Assembly: GCA_000934665.2 (NCBI GenBank)
Contig: KZ538712.1
Span: 1-52,230 of the forward strand
Reading direction: 5' to 3'
Source: Catajapyx aquilonaris
Lineage: Eukaryota
DNA: 52,230 bases
Part shown: positions 38,093 through 49,890 of the stretch, one piece after another
How the letters are laid out: each line of letters starts with the position of its first letter
How positions within the stretch are numbered: position 1 is the stretch's first letter
Notes under the pieces: model-generated
The model's database searches: none
Told to the model about the DNA's origin: nothing
Seen by the model: only the letters and a program-made list of their open reading frames with translations
Translations under genes and position numbers: made by a program

Positions 38093-39602
38093 GTATTACA
38101 TGACATGGCAAAAGCCTGCAATGTACTGCGCGTGGTCGGCAGCTCTACACTTCTGCCATTTCAACGCGGCATGATCCAGTCGATAAAAGCTCTGCAGGGC
38201 CTTTTCGAAGACATGAGGAAGGGGACATGCACTTCAGGATTCTACATGCTTACATCACGTCTGAACCAGGATTGCCTAGAGCAGCGGTTCTCAAACTGTG
38301 TTCCGCGGAACCCTAGGGTTCCGTGACACCGGCGTAGGGGTTCCGCAAAAGATTTGGAAAATATAAAAAATAAAATTTTGTACCTAAAACAACAATTGCA
38401 TCATTGCCTTGACAAAAAAAATTTTTTAACATAACCTTGCCCTACCATTTAACAACAAAAATACTTATAGGTATTCCTAGCATAAATTATGAGTTAAGAT
38501 AAGTGTTCAGGGTTCCGCGAAAGAATTATGAGGTAAATAGGGTTCCGCGGCCCAAAAAGTTCGAGAACCGCTGGCCTAGAGAACTGTTTTTCACAGATTC
38601 GTGGGTTGGGGCATTTTTATGACAACCCCCTTCCCTGCGAATTTAAAAACCGCCTGCGACTTCTTCTGCTCGGAGTCAATGCTGCCGATGTCCCCCTGAG
38701 CGCATCAGTTAGTGCACCAAATGACGAAGCGATGGAGGATTCAGGGCCTTTGCTGACTGGTAAAGTGCTCCGATGTAGTGTAGACCCCCAATTTGATTGT
38801 AACAATTGAGGCTGAGGAAGAAAATCGTAGCTTCTTTGAGGTGGACGACATAGCTAAAGAGTTGGGCATCACAGTATCAGACTCCAGTGATATCACCAAC
38901 GACTCAGTGGAGGTAGTTACGCCTCTTGGCCGCAAAGAAAAGGATTGCTCCAACGAAGGCATGAGATACCTTGCTGGTTATATCGCTTTCCGAGCAAGAA
39001 AAGTAGACCAAACACTTGGCATAAGAACCAATCAACAGAGTGGGTCCAAACCTCGGGACACTTGGCTTGACTTGATTTCAAAGGGGGGCTTATACCAACC
39101 TAATGAATGGTGGCTGGAAACTGTGCGACAATTTGAAGTGGTGTTCTGGACTATTCACGGCAATTTCGCCTCAAAAGAACGGCGTGTGATTCTGTTGCTT
39201 CGCCAATTGCTGCAAAAGAAGTTCCCCAGCATATCCACCCTGAAGTGATCAGGGTGTACTCCAGGACCAGGACATTTATTCGCATTCGCCATCTCCATGC
39301 AGGAGCGAAGAAACGGGCAGCGGCGAGGCGAGGCGACGCAAAGAAGGCTCGGGGTGGTGGGCGACAGTGAGAGGTGAGTACTGAGCACATTCCCTTCAAT
39401 CAGAATACATCGTACAATGGCACATCACCTGAGTTTCAGTCTCTAATCGCAGGCACATGCGGGCACAAGCCCGTTTCCCCATGCCCAGAGCCTGTCTTTC
39501 ATAATTGGCGGGAAATATTGTCAACCAGGTGACGTCACATACCGCTGCCCTATAATTGGCCCGATCCGTTATGGCGCTACCTGTAGGCTTCTATATACTT
39601 TG
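38093..39602 (+). mobile_element. P-element-like transposase 3' part and probable 3' terminus
   Basis: LPFQRGMI, TSRLNQDCLE|NCFSQIRG, YLAGYIA and ISKGGLYQP motifs; possible end ...TTCTATATACTTTG. Confidence 0.8.
38282..38573. mobile_element. hAT-Charlie-type MITE (292 bp)
   Basis: TIR CAGCGGTTCTC / GAGAACCGCTG; 8-bp TSD GCCTAGAG; removal restores the P transposase frame. Confidence 0.93.
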
Positions 39603-40898
39603 CTTCGGACCACCTGAATAAATGATTGAATAATTATTATCCCATATAATGCCAGCAAGAATATTCCTAACGCTACATTGAAAGTCCTGCTTCCTTCAGT
39701 TCCTTGTACTCGTCGTGGTCCGCCCCCGTCCGCCCCGTGCTGGACACCAGGTTTTTGGCATCGAGTCATTGCGATTTGCAACAACGGAGACGACAAGCTC
39801 AAGGATGTGCAGCACACTGTCACTTCTGGTCCTAACCATGCATCTGGTATGGGGTAAATTTTATTTAGTTTATGTGTCCATGGGTGTGCTAGCGTGTGCA
39901 CAGTATGTATAGGCCTATAGGGCAGTGTGCAGGGGTTTCGAGAGCCGGTTTCGAGTAGGCAGAGGTAGGGCGGGGTGGACATGTGGGCTAAGTAGCTAAA
40001 TTGAAGCATACATCATTTTCAAACGACCCACGCGCGCGGTCTTTCACACTGAGACACCAGGCACGTTAGTTACAACCATGACACCGCTTCGACGCGGTTC
40101 GGAAAGGTGCGCAGCTTACAGAGCAACTTCTCGGGCATGATTGTAACATGTGAACAATAATAATGCGCATCAACTGAACTACTGTATACCATCATACGCA
40201 GCCAGTTGAACTACCATTTAGGTACCTGCGCATCAGAAGGTTTGACCCTTTAGAGGACTCCTGTCTTAGCTATCACTCGACCCTGATTCTTTCCTCCAAC
40301 TCCCAAAATTTCCCAAATTACCGTACTGGTTTTCGAAGTGGGTGAGAATCAGCAGCGGGAGGGGAGAAGGGGTGAGGGGGGCTCCACTGCTTTCAGAGGC
40401 CAGACATGCTGCTGTAACACCTTGCCGAAGGGACACCTTTCCGATTAGTATTGAAATAGTAGCGACGCAATTTTTCAGGAGTGTCTGATAAGTGATTAAT
40501 TAACTTACTGTATAATTATTAACTTATTAATAAAATGCTTTCTGCAGGCGATTCGGTATGCCCGCGGCAGACTTATACGTATAATAGCTTATATTCTTAA
40601 TACTGTAAATATTAATTAATTATAGACTATAAACTTAATTATTTATTATGCATGTAATTATTACTGTATTTTATTCTGCGGTACTTATTTGCCCAGCATA
40701 TATGCTGACACCTCGCGTATAGGCCAATTACCGGTAGGTCTATACATGTAGGCTATAGCCTTCTGTATTACTACGCACTGGATGCTCTCGCATGACCCAT
40801 CCTGTCATCCGATGGGCAGTCGCCCATAATTGCAAGTTACAAAATAAAACCTGTTTCGTGAAAATCGATCAATATTATTTTGACAAAGTTATTATTGC

Positions 40899-40949
40899 CC
40901 CTTCCTTCCTTCCTTCCTTCCTTCCTTCCTTCCTTCCTTCCTTCCTTCC
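40899..40949. repeat. (CCTT)n microsatellite
   Basis: Seen directly. Confidence 0.95.
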
Positions 40950-41390
40950 CACCACCCCCAAAAGAAGAGTGAGTGGAGTGAAGTGGAGGGCATGATTGTG
41001 GGGATGGTATACGGGAGTTAGTCCCGATGCTGGGCGGCATGGAACGGTTCCACCCGGCCAACTATACGCCTAGTCCGACCTTCGATTCCTGCTTCTCTTC
41101 CCCACATGTGCTCCCTGCTCGGTACACTGTTCATTAGGGCTGTATGAGGCGCTTATTAGAACAAAGGTGGCCCAAGTCCCAAAAAAAATACAGTAGGTCT
41201 AATTCTACAAAAATTGACCTGAAAAATAATAGGCTAATGTCCCATGGTGGAGGCAAGGCAACAGGTATAATATTCTCCTTGGAGCATAAATATGATTAGC
41301 TACTCCATCTACTGGCCAAAAATTATTAATGATGTCCAAATTAGGACCTGGGCAATTACATGATGCATCCGTCTGTTCGTTTATACTTAA

Positions 41391-41548
41391 CCCTGTAATG
41401 CCCACTAATCTAAGTAATGCCCAGCACTGGGTCATACCTGGCACATTATTTAGTGCAATTTTTGCAATTTTTGCAATTTTTATATTTCCTGTAAGTGCCA
41501 AATTGCACTAAATGGTGTGCCAGATATGACCCAAGGGGCATTACAGGG
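41391..41548. mobile_element. piggyBac-type MITE
   Basis: TTAA-CCCTGTAATGCCC ... GGGCATTACAGGG-TTGA. Confidence 0.8.
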
Positions 41549-42017
41549 TTGACACAAGTTTTGCCTATCCCAGCAAACCACGAATCTCCCAGGGAGATCC
41601 TTTTTTGCTCCCGAATCTCCCAGAAACGTCCGGTATGAAAAAAGGAGCTCCTGGGGAGATTGTATCTAGTACATTTCTAGGATATGACATTGTCATGTGC
41701 TTTGCACATGTGTGGTAGATTGCAGCAGGCGCCAGCTACCCCCATCCCCACCGCACCGGCTGCACCAACCCGCCGAAGAGTGGAGGGAGCCAGGGAGGGG
41801 AGGGAGAGCGAGCAAAGATGGCGGGGGCACATGCGGTTGTGTGATGCAGTATGTGGGATGTGTGATGTGATGTGATATATGCGGAATCCTGGTCACAGTA
41901 GGAGAGTGGAGTCAGCTCTTAGAGTGGATGAGGAGCTGCATGATATAGTCATCAATCATCATGCTGGCAGTCTCGGCGGGAAGGAACAGTAAGAAAAATA
42001 AGCCGGTAAGGGTAATA

Positions 42018-42044
42018 AGCAGCAGCAGCAGCAGCAGCAGCAGC
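42018..42044. repeat. (CAG)n microsatellite
   Basis: Seen directly. Confidence 0.9.
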
Positions 42045-42112
42045 GTGCAGCACATTCATAGCACTTTTTACTTTCCTGATGGTCATTCCAAGTGGCTGCA
42101 CTTGTATTGTAT

Positions 42113-42728
42113 TGTCACCGGTAGAACCTGTCTCCAAAATATAGCGGCACTAATGATACTTTATGAGAGGACAAGCTCCCCCTTTTTAGCCATTTGGCAG
42201 AGAAGTAAGTAAACAAAACAATTTAACCTGGCGCCAAGAAGGCGGGAGAACCATATTTGGTCCTCAGGAGGAGTTTGACTCGCGTAAGCTGATAGCACCC
42301 AGTGTCAGTTCCGCCTCCACAAGGTTGGAGTCCGCTATATAAAGGCTCCACCCAACCTACTCGGGGTTCGTTCCTGAGGGAGTCATCCAGACGGAAGGAG
42401 GGTCCTGAGGTGTCACAAGCCTCCTCTTATTCGCCCAGCCCGGGGCGGCCATCGCAGGAAGAGGGAGGAGCAGACCCCCTGTGTGGAAGACCGGCCTTCT
42501 GTACCGGCTTACCAGCAGAGATGACCCGGCCTGTTGTCAATAAGGTTAGAACTTAACTGGGGTAGCTTAAATGATCATGCTAGAAGGGCTGATTCCGATG
42601 ACCATGTTAGAAGTGAATAAACCATGAAAAAGACCCAGCTGTCCACTTATTCCAAGGTGTAACCCGGGAGACCCAAAAGAACTATACAAGAGGTCGGAGG
42701 TCAATGACCCCTGACCTTACTTGTGACA
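42113..42728 (+). mobile_element. LTR family A, copy 1 (616 bp)
   Basis: TGTCAC...GTGACA termini; TATATAAA ~42336; AATAAA ~42616; about 4 substitutions by eye versus 48615-49230. Confidence 0.95.
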
Positions 42729-43020
42729 ACTGTCGCGTACGTATTGATCTCGAAATATACGGGAAACATTAGTGTGTCTGACGGTTTTCAACGTAAGGAT
42801 TTTGGAAGGAAGAGGGTCCTGATAATTATGCCCTTGGGAACTATAGCAATGTCCAAAAACCAAAGTGTGCCCCTAAAGTGAGAATTCTTATTATGTTGAC
42901 TAACCCCTGTCCAGAAATACCCGCCTTTACTGAGGATGGCGTTGCTATATAGGGAGGGTGGATGCCCCTCTCGTGTCACTCTTAGTGAGACCTTGGCCAC
43001 CTACACCTCTAACTAGTACC

Positions 43021-43476
43021 ATGGATTGATGTGCCACACCCTCTCGCGCTTCGGCCGGAGAGGAAGATGCCGCTTCCAGCGGTTGGGACACCCCTTCATT
43101 GGGGCGACCTGAACTCAGCCCCCCAGCAGCGGTGTCCAGCGGCGCCACCAGCTCCTTCGAGCCCTGGAGCGATCGTCGTGAGGATGGAGCACGGGGAGAC
43201 AGTGCCGTGGACTTTTCCTCCACCGGGCCATCCCCGCCGATGGCGCAGAGGATTTCGGCGGCCGAGGGTTTTGAACACATCCGACGGGCCCCGATGACGA
43301 ACTACGGCCCAGCTCCACCCCTGCGAATCTACGGTATGTCGCAAGTACACGTGGTATACGGTCCCAACACATGCGTCACTATCCATATCCGAGTGGCCGA
43401 AGACCAAGTGGTTGTGATCTTACCGGAAGGCTGGCGCCAAGAGGTGCAGGCTATGCAACCTCATAGGTTCTGGTAG
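43021..43476 (+). pseudogene. Retroelement accessory ORF, copy 1 (family B; TGA at codon 3)
   Basis: ATG GAT TGA is in frame with ORF 43099-43476; C-terminal domain homologous to the ORFs at 48113 and 51353. Confidence 0.75.
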
Positions 43477-43682
43477 TAACTGCCACAAGAAAGTTAGTGT
43501 AGTGTAGTGGACAATAGGAAGTGATGTGCTCACCAGTGATGTCTCTAGGACTGTACCTTTTATTTTGTCCGTGAATATATCCGTTGTTTCTCACAAGGGC
43601 ATATGTGTGTATGTGTACGGAATCATACTGACCGTATGATATTGAAGCCGGATTGCCCAGCTTCAATTTAAGGGGGAGCGTT

Positions 43683-44313
43683 TGTCGCCCTTCAGACGCG
43701 CGCTACACATAAACGGAAACATTAGCGGGGATTGATTGTTGACAACCACTTAGGTCTTAGCAAATAGCCATTAGGCTCCATCGAAGTCACGACGCGGCCC
43801 TGTGGTGTAAAAGTAGAGTAAACAATACGCGAGAGGCCGACGTCAGCTTAGGCGCGTGACCATATTTGGTCCATCAGGAAGTATGATTCCGGTAAACCGA
43901 TAGCTCCCATTAGCAACTCTGACACATTGAGGCCAGCCGGCCTAATATAAGCAGTAAGAGCCGCGGCGACCAGAGCAGATCCCAAGGGAGGAGCACCCAA
44001 GCAGAAGCCCCTTCTGGCCACCACTCCTCAGCTGGAGCAGATCCCGAGGGAGGTGACCACCCCGTCTACGCCCAAGACAGCCATCGGCACGGGACACCTG
44101 GACCGCCATGTCGGCTCTCACCCCCACTGCTACACAGGTCAGAGCTGCTAATGAGGTAGCGTAATTTGTGACCCTCTAACCTGTCGTTGTGCGAAGGAAA
44201 TAAACCTTGAAAATGACCCTACCTGTCTTTGACTTCCTTGGGTAACCCGAGAGACGCCAAAAGAACCTAACTTGAGGCCGGGGTCGTGGTGACCCCTTGA
44301 CCTCAGGTTGACA
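43683..44313 (+). mobile_element. 3' LTR of related family B (~631 bp)
   Basis: Follows PPT AAGGGGGAG; TGTC...GACA termini; shares CCATATTTGGTCC and AATAAACC..GTAACCCG.GAGAC.CCAAAAGAAC blocks with LTR A. Confidence 0.85.
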
Positions 44314-45281
44314 CGCAGACCAAAAGGCAGAAACTGTGGCCCGGACAATTATCAATGGAGTTTTCTCTAGACATGGTATACCCCGGAAAATGCTAAGTGA
44401 CCGAGGTACCAACTTCCTGTCTAAACTAATGAAATCTATTTGCGCCATGTTATCCGGAAGGAGACGGGTTAACCGAACGCGCTAACCAGACTTTAATATC
44501 CTTGCTATCCCATTATGTAGCAGAAAACCAACTAGACTGGGATGATTATCTGGACTTGGCCTTGTTGGCTTATAGATCGGCAGTGCATGCCTCTACCAAT
44601 GAGACGCCCTTCTTCATGCTCTATGGGCGGGAAATAGAAGTTCCCATTGATGAGTTTATGACCCCCCGACGCCTTAATTGGTCGGTATTGTCCGACTATA
44701 AGGAGGAGTTAGCCTTGCGTATGCAAAGGATATTCTCAGGCGCCAGAGAAAGTTTGGAAAATGCTGGGCGAAAATATAAACGGGCGTATGACAAAAAGGC
44801 CCGTCAACGTGTCTTCAAGGTGGGAGACAAAGTGCTCCTTTTCACGCCCCAGGTTAAGATAAAGGGGATTAAAAGGAAGCTGGCAAAACTTTGGTCTGGG
44901 CCTTATCGCATTGAGCGCCAGACTAGCCCAGTAAACTTTGTTATACATGAAGTGATGGGTCGCCGTCGTCAACACGTGCATGTTAATAGATTAAAGCAAT
45001 TTTATTCCCGAGATGTATTCCCTCCACAAAGGGACGTCCCCTCCCCTGAGGGAGACACACTTCCTCCCGAGGAGGAAGGGCTCGGGGAAGATGTTGAGGA
45101 AAACTGTTTTGACCCTAATGAGACCATTACGTTTGGCCCATTAAGACCGAGAGATGAGGGTAGAGAAGAAGTGAATGGGTCCCCTGAGAGAGACGCCACT
45201 CCTCCCGAATCCCCCATAGATGTATTTCCATTGCGACGAAGCGATCGGGTGCGACAGGCACCTTCTCGCTACAGTCCTTAA
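44314..45281 (+). pseudogene. pol: Gypsy/errantivirus integrase (pol 3' end), 5'-truncated, with a short frameshifting deletion near 44450
   Basis: RHGIPRKMLSDRGTNF, GDGLTERANQTL, AYRSAVHASTNETPFFMLYGR and KLAKLWSGPY motifs. Confidence 0.92.
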
Positions 45282-45292
45282 GGAAAACTAAG

Positions 45293-45313
45293 TACTAATA
45301 GTTGTCCTTTCAG
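45293..45313 (+). promoter_or_regulatory. Probable env splice acceptor
   Basis: Branch point TACTAAT, pyrimidine tract and CAG|G just before ATG 45320. Confidence 0.65.
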
Positions 45314-45319
45314 GTTACC

Positions 45320-47383
45320 ATGATACGAGTGTTTGTGACCTTGCTGATGTGCCAGATGAGTAGCAGCTTCGGACTGGAAGCACCAGATGGAGTGAGCCCA
45401 CCGGAAAACCTTCCCCCAGGACTTTTATTTATAAAAAAGAAAGAGCTAGCTATTTCAGGAAACACTTGGAAAATAGTGGTCAATTATAATTTAGCGGAAT
45501 TGCACCGGGAGCTGAAAGCTATAGCTGGGGAGTTGTCGGCGTTTCGTCATTATGTGACAACAGCACATGATTCTTGTGCTTCTAATTTTAAGGAAACCAT
45601 GGCTTTACATGGCTCCCCTTTGAGGGAGGCGGATATAATTTATGAACAAGTATTTTGCAATACCACCACAATAGAATTAAATTATTTGCAGCAAGAAATG
45701 GGCGTATTACTGAACGAAGTAGGAGTGCTTAATGGCTTAATTGTGGAAACTCAAGGTAACCGGAAGAGACGGGGCTTGATTAATTTGGCCGGTAATGTTT
45801 TAAAATTTCTCTTCGGAGTGAGTGTTGAGCAAGATGTAATTGATCTACAAGAGCAATTGCAACAGGCCTCAAGAAAGACCTCCAAATTGGCCCATTTGGC
45901 CCAATTGCAGACAACCGTGCTCAATAAATTGCATCAAAAAGTTGAGAGTAATGCGAAAAGTATTTCTGACTTATCGGACACTATCAATTCATTAAATCAA
46001 CAATTGGTTAAGTATACGGATATGATTGAGCACCGGTTGTTAAATACCGAATTATATGATACGGCCCTGATGATCATAAATGCAGGAGCCCGGCTGTTAC
46101 ATGCTTCCTTGGCTCAAGCACGGCACGCTGTAATTGAGTTAATACAGGTGTTTCAGCAGCTAAATGTTGGCCGTTTGCACCCCTCGTTAATATCTCCCAG
46201 AACGTTGCTGGGCACACTGCATTATGTGTCGATTATTCTGTCTCCCGACTTACACTTTCTAACCCCCTTGAGTGCCAAGAATGTGCTCACATTGTACAAA
46301 TGGTGTCATACTTACCTATTACCCTCCCAAGACACCATTTCCATAATAATCGTAATGCCCTTATTGTCAGATGGAAGTACCTTTGATTTGTACAAAGTTA
46401 TTCCGTGGCCCTCCTATGTTAATGAAAATGCTTCAGCCATTATAATCCCCGAACAACCATATTTGGCGGTTTCGAAGGACCAACAAGCCTTTATGGAACT
46501 GGAAGAAGCAGACATTACTAATTGCCAAGCCCAGGACGAATTGACCTTATGTGATTTTGAAAGACCTATTTACACGAGGCCCAGTTCCTCGTGTACTTAT
46601 GCCATATTGACTGGGTTCACGATGGAAACGGACCAGCGCAATAGAGTCCTAATTCAACATATTTTACCTCGATTTGAGTTACTGAATTCAGAAGGATTGT
46701 GGGCTTATAATGTGCCTAAGCATTTGCTGTTAAAAATTCAGTGTCGTAATTCGAAAAATGAAACCCTTTTGGACTTAGTGAATACGGGAGTGTTCTCATT
46801 GCTCCCAGGTTGTAGGGCCATTCACACTGATTTCCGATTAGAAGGTAACTTGCATGGTAGTTCTGGTAAGGAATTACACCTGAATGGACATATAGTGGTC
46901 CCAGCGGTCACCTCTATGTTTAGCGGAGTAGAGTTGCAAGTGTTGAATAAGGTGATGCACACCAATATGTTGTTGGAGGAAACTAAGAATAATTTGTGGT
47001 TCACGAGAATCAATCGAGTAGAAAAAGGAATTCCTATGGATGATATCATGTTACGCATGAACGAGGCTAGCACCGATGTATTAAATCAGAGTCATGACTA
47101 TGTAAATAAGGGAGAATTGTGGTTACAACCGACCTCCTATATATCTTTGTTGTTGCTGGTCGGAACTGTGTTAGTAATTGCTATTGTTTATGCATTACGG
47201 AAGAAAATTAATTATTGTGATTTCTTTTGTAATGGCCTGGCCGGAGAGCCAGAACCTGCTGTGACATATGTATCCACTTGTAAACAGGAAATGGAAGAGA
47301 TTGTATTGTCTAGTCTTCCGGATGGTATTGTCCCCTCACAGGTGGGTGGTACACATGAAGGTGGGAGTAGGCCTGCTCCATAA
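45320..47383 (+). CDS. env: Errantivirus-type envelope glycoprotein (baculovirus F-like class I fusion protein), intact ORF
   Basis: Signal peptide; furin site RKRR (45761-45772) followed by fusion peptide GLINLAGNVLKFLFG; heptad repeat; Cys-rich region; C-terminal TM helix. Confidence 0.93.
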   Translation: MIRVFVTLLMCQMSSSFGLEAPDGVSPPENLPPGLLFIKKKELAISGNTWKIVVNYNLAELHRELKAIAGELSAFRHYVTTAHDSCASNFKETMALHGSPLREADIIYEQVFCNTTTIELNYLQQEMGVLLNEVGVLNGLIVETQGNRKRRGLINLAGNVLKFLFGVSVEQDVIDLQEQLQQASRKTSKLAHLAQLQTTVLNKLHQKVESNAKSISDLSDTINSLNQQLVKYTDMIEHRLLNTELYDTALMIINAGARLLHASLAQARHAVIELIQVFQQLNVGRLHPSLISPRTLLGTLHYVSIILSPDLHFLTPLSAKNVLTLYKWCHTYLLPSQDTISIIIVMPLLSDGSTFDLYKVIPWPSYVNENASAIIIPEQPYLAVSKDQQAFMELEEADITNCQAQDELTLCDFERPIYTRPSSSCTYAILTGFTMETDQRNRVLIQHILPRFELLNSEGLWAYNVPKHLLLKIQCRNSKNETLLDLVNTGVFSLLPGCRAIHTDFRLEGNLHGSSGKELHLNGHIVVPAVTSMFSGVELQVLNKVMHTNMLLEETKNNLWFTRINRVEKGIPMDDIMLRMNEASTDVLNQSHDYVNKGELWLQPTSYISLLLLVGTVLVIAIVYALRKKINYCDFFCNGLAGEPEPAVTYVSTCKQEMEEIVLSSLPDGIVPSQVGGTHEGGSRPAP

Positions 47384-47923
47384 CCCTCATGATGTTCCCC
47401 CTACTGAATTCAAGTAATAGTGACTAATAGACAGTCTCTTACGTTTTCTTACCCGGGATGTTAGCAATTGTTTCATGTTGTTGGTAAACTCTTGTGTGGA
47501 AGTGCTGAGAATAATTACCTGTGTTGAGACCTTAATTTTGTGTTATAAAAAATAAACCTGTTCGTAGGGAGTATGGATACTCCGTCTTAGACGCCGTAAC
47601 TCCACTCACAGGAGAATAACCATAAGAAGAAGTAGGCATAACAATTACGTTGGTGGATCCCCCCTGTCTGACCCAAAATAACCCAAGCTGTGCTTCAACA
47701 AAACTGTGATCTACATGCCCCTCCAGGGATCAGTAGAGTCAACTGGAAGTGGCAGTAGGACCATGAGACTTCCCTAAGTGTTGAGTGAAAAGTGGAAGAT
47801 GTTATTGTTGTCAAGATTGCCTGTACCTTATATAAGAAGCCTTCTTTCCCCTTTGCCCTATCACACCCGTCTGAACCCTTGAAGAAGCAGCTTCCAGAGT
47901 CAGTTCTTGCCGTCACTACCGCT

Positions 47924-48424
47924 ATGGACTTGTCTACCACTTCCTGCGAAGGGTGGGAATACTCCCCCGCCTCTCCAGAAGACCCTGAACAACGCGGTGA
48001 GATGGCAGAGGGTTGGCAAACCCCAACTCGGGAGGAGATGGCCGCTCGCTTGGAGGCCGACCTTCGGTTCAACCTGCCCCCGGCCCCGTCGGCTCGCCGA
48101 GTGTCCCCATAGATGCGGACCTCCACACCCGAACGCCGCCAAGGGACTCCGGAGATGTGGACTGCTACCCCTGAACACCGGCAGACCCGGCCACCACCTC
48201 GCTGGTCACCGGTCCAGTGGGAACATCATCAACCATGGCAAGGGACCGTCCAGACCCGGATCTCCACCCCGCCAATCGTCATCCATGGGACGGCCAGGGT
48301 TCATGTGGTGCGATGTCCCCAGGAAGACATCTCTATCAACATCCACCGAGCCTCTGACCAAGTGGTCATCGTGTTGCCGGAGGATTGGAGGCAAGATGTG
48401 CAAGTAGTGTCCCTACCTGTGTAA
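47924..48424 (+). CDS. Retroelement accessory ORF, copy 2 (family A; one in-frame TAG at 48110-48112)
   Basis: MDLSTTSCEGW start; ORFs 47792-48112 and 48113-48424 are contiguous and in frame; conserved C-terminal domain. Confidence 0.75.
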
Positions 48425-48551
48425 AACCCCCCTTTCACGTTGAGTAGGAAGGTGTAGTTGAAGAGTATGGTCCAGTTAATCGGAATCAGTCATGATGTGA
48501 GTAGAAAATGGGTTCGTCCCAGTCGTTGTAAGCTACGTGAGTCATATTGCC

Positions 48552-48614
48552 TGTCACACTGTCCGTATGACATTAAAGCCGGGTTGCACCCAGCTTTAAT
48601 TCAAGGGGAAGCGC
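48552..48614 (+). promoter_or_regulatory. Double hairpin plus polypurine tract
   Basis: Conserved at 43622-43680 and 52172-52230; PPT AAGGGGAAG directly before the LTR. Confidence 0.8.
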
Positions 48615-49230
48615 TGTCACCGGTAGAACTTGTCTCCAAAATATAGCGACACTAATGATACTTTATGAGAGGAAAAGCTCCCCCTTTTTAGCCATTTGGC
48701 AGAGAAGTAAGTAAACAAAACAATTTAACCTGGCGCCAAGAAGGCGGGAGAACCATATTTGGTCCTCAGGAGGAGTTTGACTCGCGTAAGCTGATAGCAC
48801 CCAGTGTCAGTTCCGCCTCCACAAGGTTGGAGTCCGCTATATAAAGGCTCCACCCAACCTACTCGGGGTTCGTTCCTGAGGGAGTCATCCAGACGGAAGG
48901 AGGGTCCTGAGGTGTCACAAGCCTCCTCTTATTCGCCCAGCCCGGGGCGGCCATCGCAGGAAGAGGGAGGAGCAGACCCCCTGTGTGGAAGACCGGCCTT
49001 CTGTACCGGCTTACCAGCAGAGATGACCCGGCCTGTTGTCAATAAGGTTAGAACTTAACTGGGGTAGCTTAAATGATCATGCTAGAAGGGCTGATTCCGA
49101 TGACCATGTTAGAAGTGAATAAACCATGAAAAAGACCGAGCTGTCCACTTATTCCAAGGTGTAACCCGGGAGACCCAAAAGAACTATACAAGAGGTCGGA
49201 GGTCAATGACCCCTGACCTTACTTGTGACA
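48615..49230 (+). mobile_element. LTR family A, copy 2 (3' LTR)
   Basis: Direct repeat of 42113-42728, preceded by the PPT. Confidence 0.95.
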
Positions 49231-49611
49231 ACTATCGATCGCGCCCCCCGAGCAAAAACAAGAACAGTGTGTTAATTGGTGGCCTAGCATGGGCAGGCAC
49301 CTCTTGGGCCAGTGCCTCACATGTCTGGGCTGGGGACAGGCTAGTTGTGAAGAGGTGTCGAGGCAGTCCTGTCGGAATGGGAGCACAAACAGAGCCGCAA
49401 ACGTGCCTCAAACGCACATTCTCCCTATGTCAGCCATTGCACAGCGCTCAGATTTCGGCCCTCATAGAACAGTGCGCTTCTGGCGGCCAGACCTTACGTC
49501 ACACTCACACCCCGCTAGAGGGAAAACGGCCGCAGTTTTGCCACCTTACCCTGTTTATGCATCTTGCAGTGTGTTAACGTAGGCTACCTATATACAGTAG
49601 ATTGACTGGCG

Positions 49612-49890
49612 ACACTGGCCAAATATTGGCATAACGGATGAGTCAATATATAGGTCCAATGTCGCCAGCAGATATTGGACCGACATGAAGCAGTGCACAT
49701 TTTGCCTCGCCAATCCCAATATCGGTACAATATTGGGTGACGATATTAGGCCGATATTGTCACCCAATATTGGGCCAACTGAGGCAAAAGGTTAACACTT
49801 TTAGGTTGGTCCAATATCGTCACCCAATATTGTACCGATATTGGCTCAGCCGTTCTACCTATATTGGGCCGATATGTCTGTGCTACCTGG
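49612..49890. mobile_element. MITE end with repeated CCAATAT/ATATTGG palindromic units
   Basis: Many AATATTGG and CCGATAT units; ends TGTGCTACCTGGG. Confidence 0.6.

Noticed and set aside
42302..49058. Identical 84-aa ORFs (42302-42556 and 48804-49058)
   Set aside because: They lie inside the two LTR copies, start at GTG and span the TATA box; identity is explained by LTR duplication
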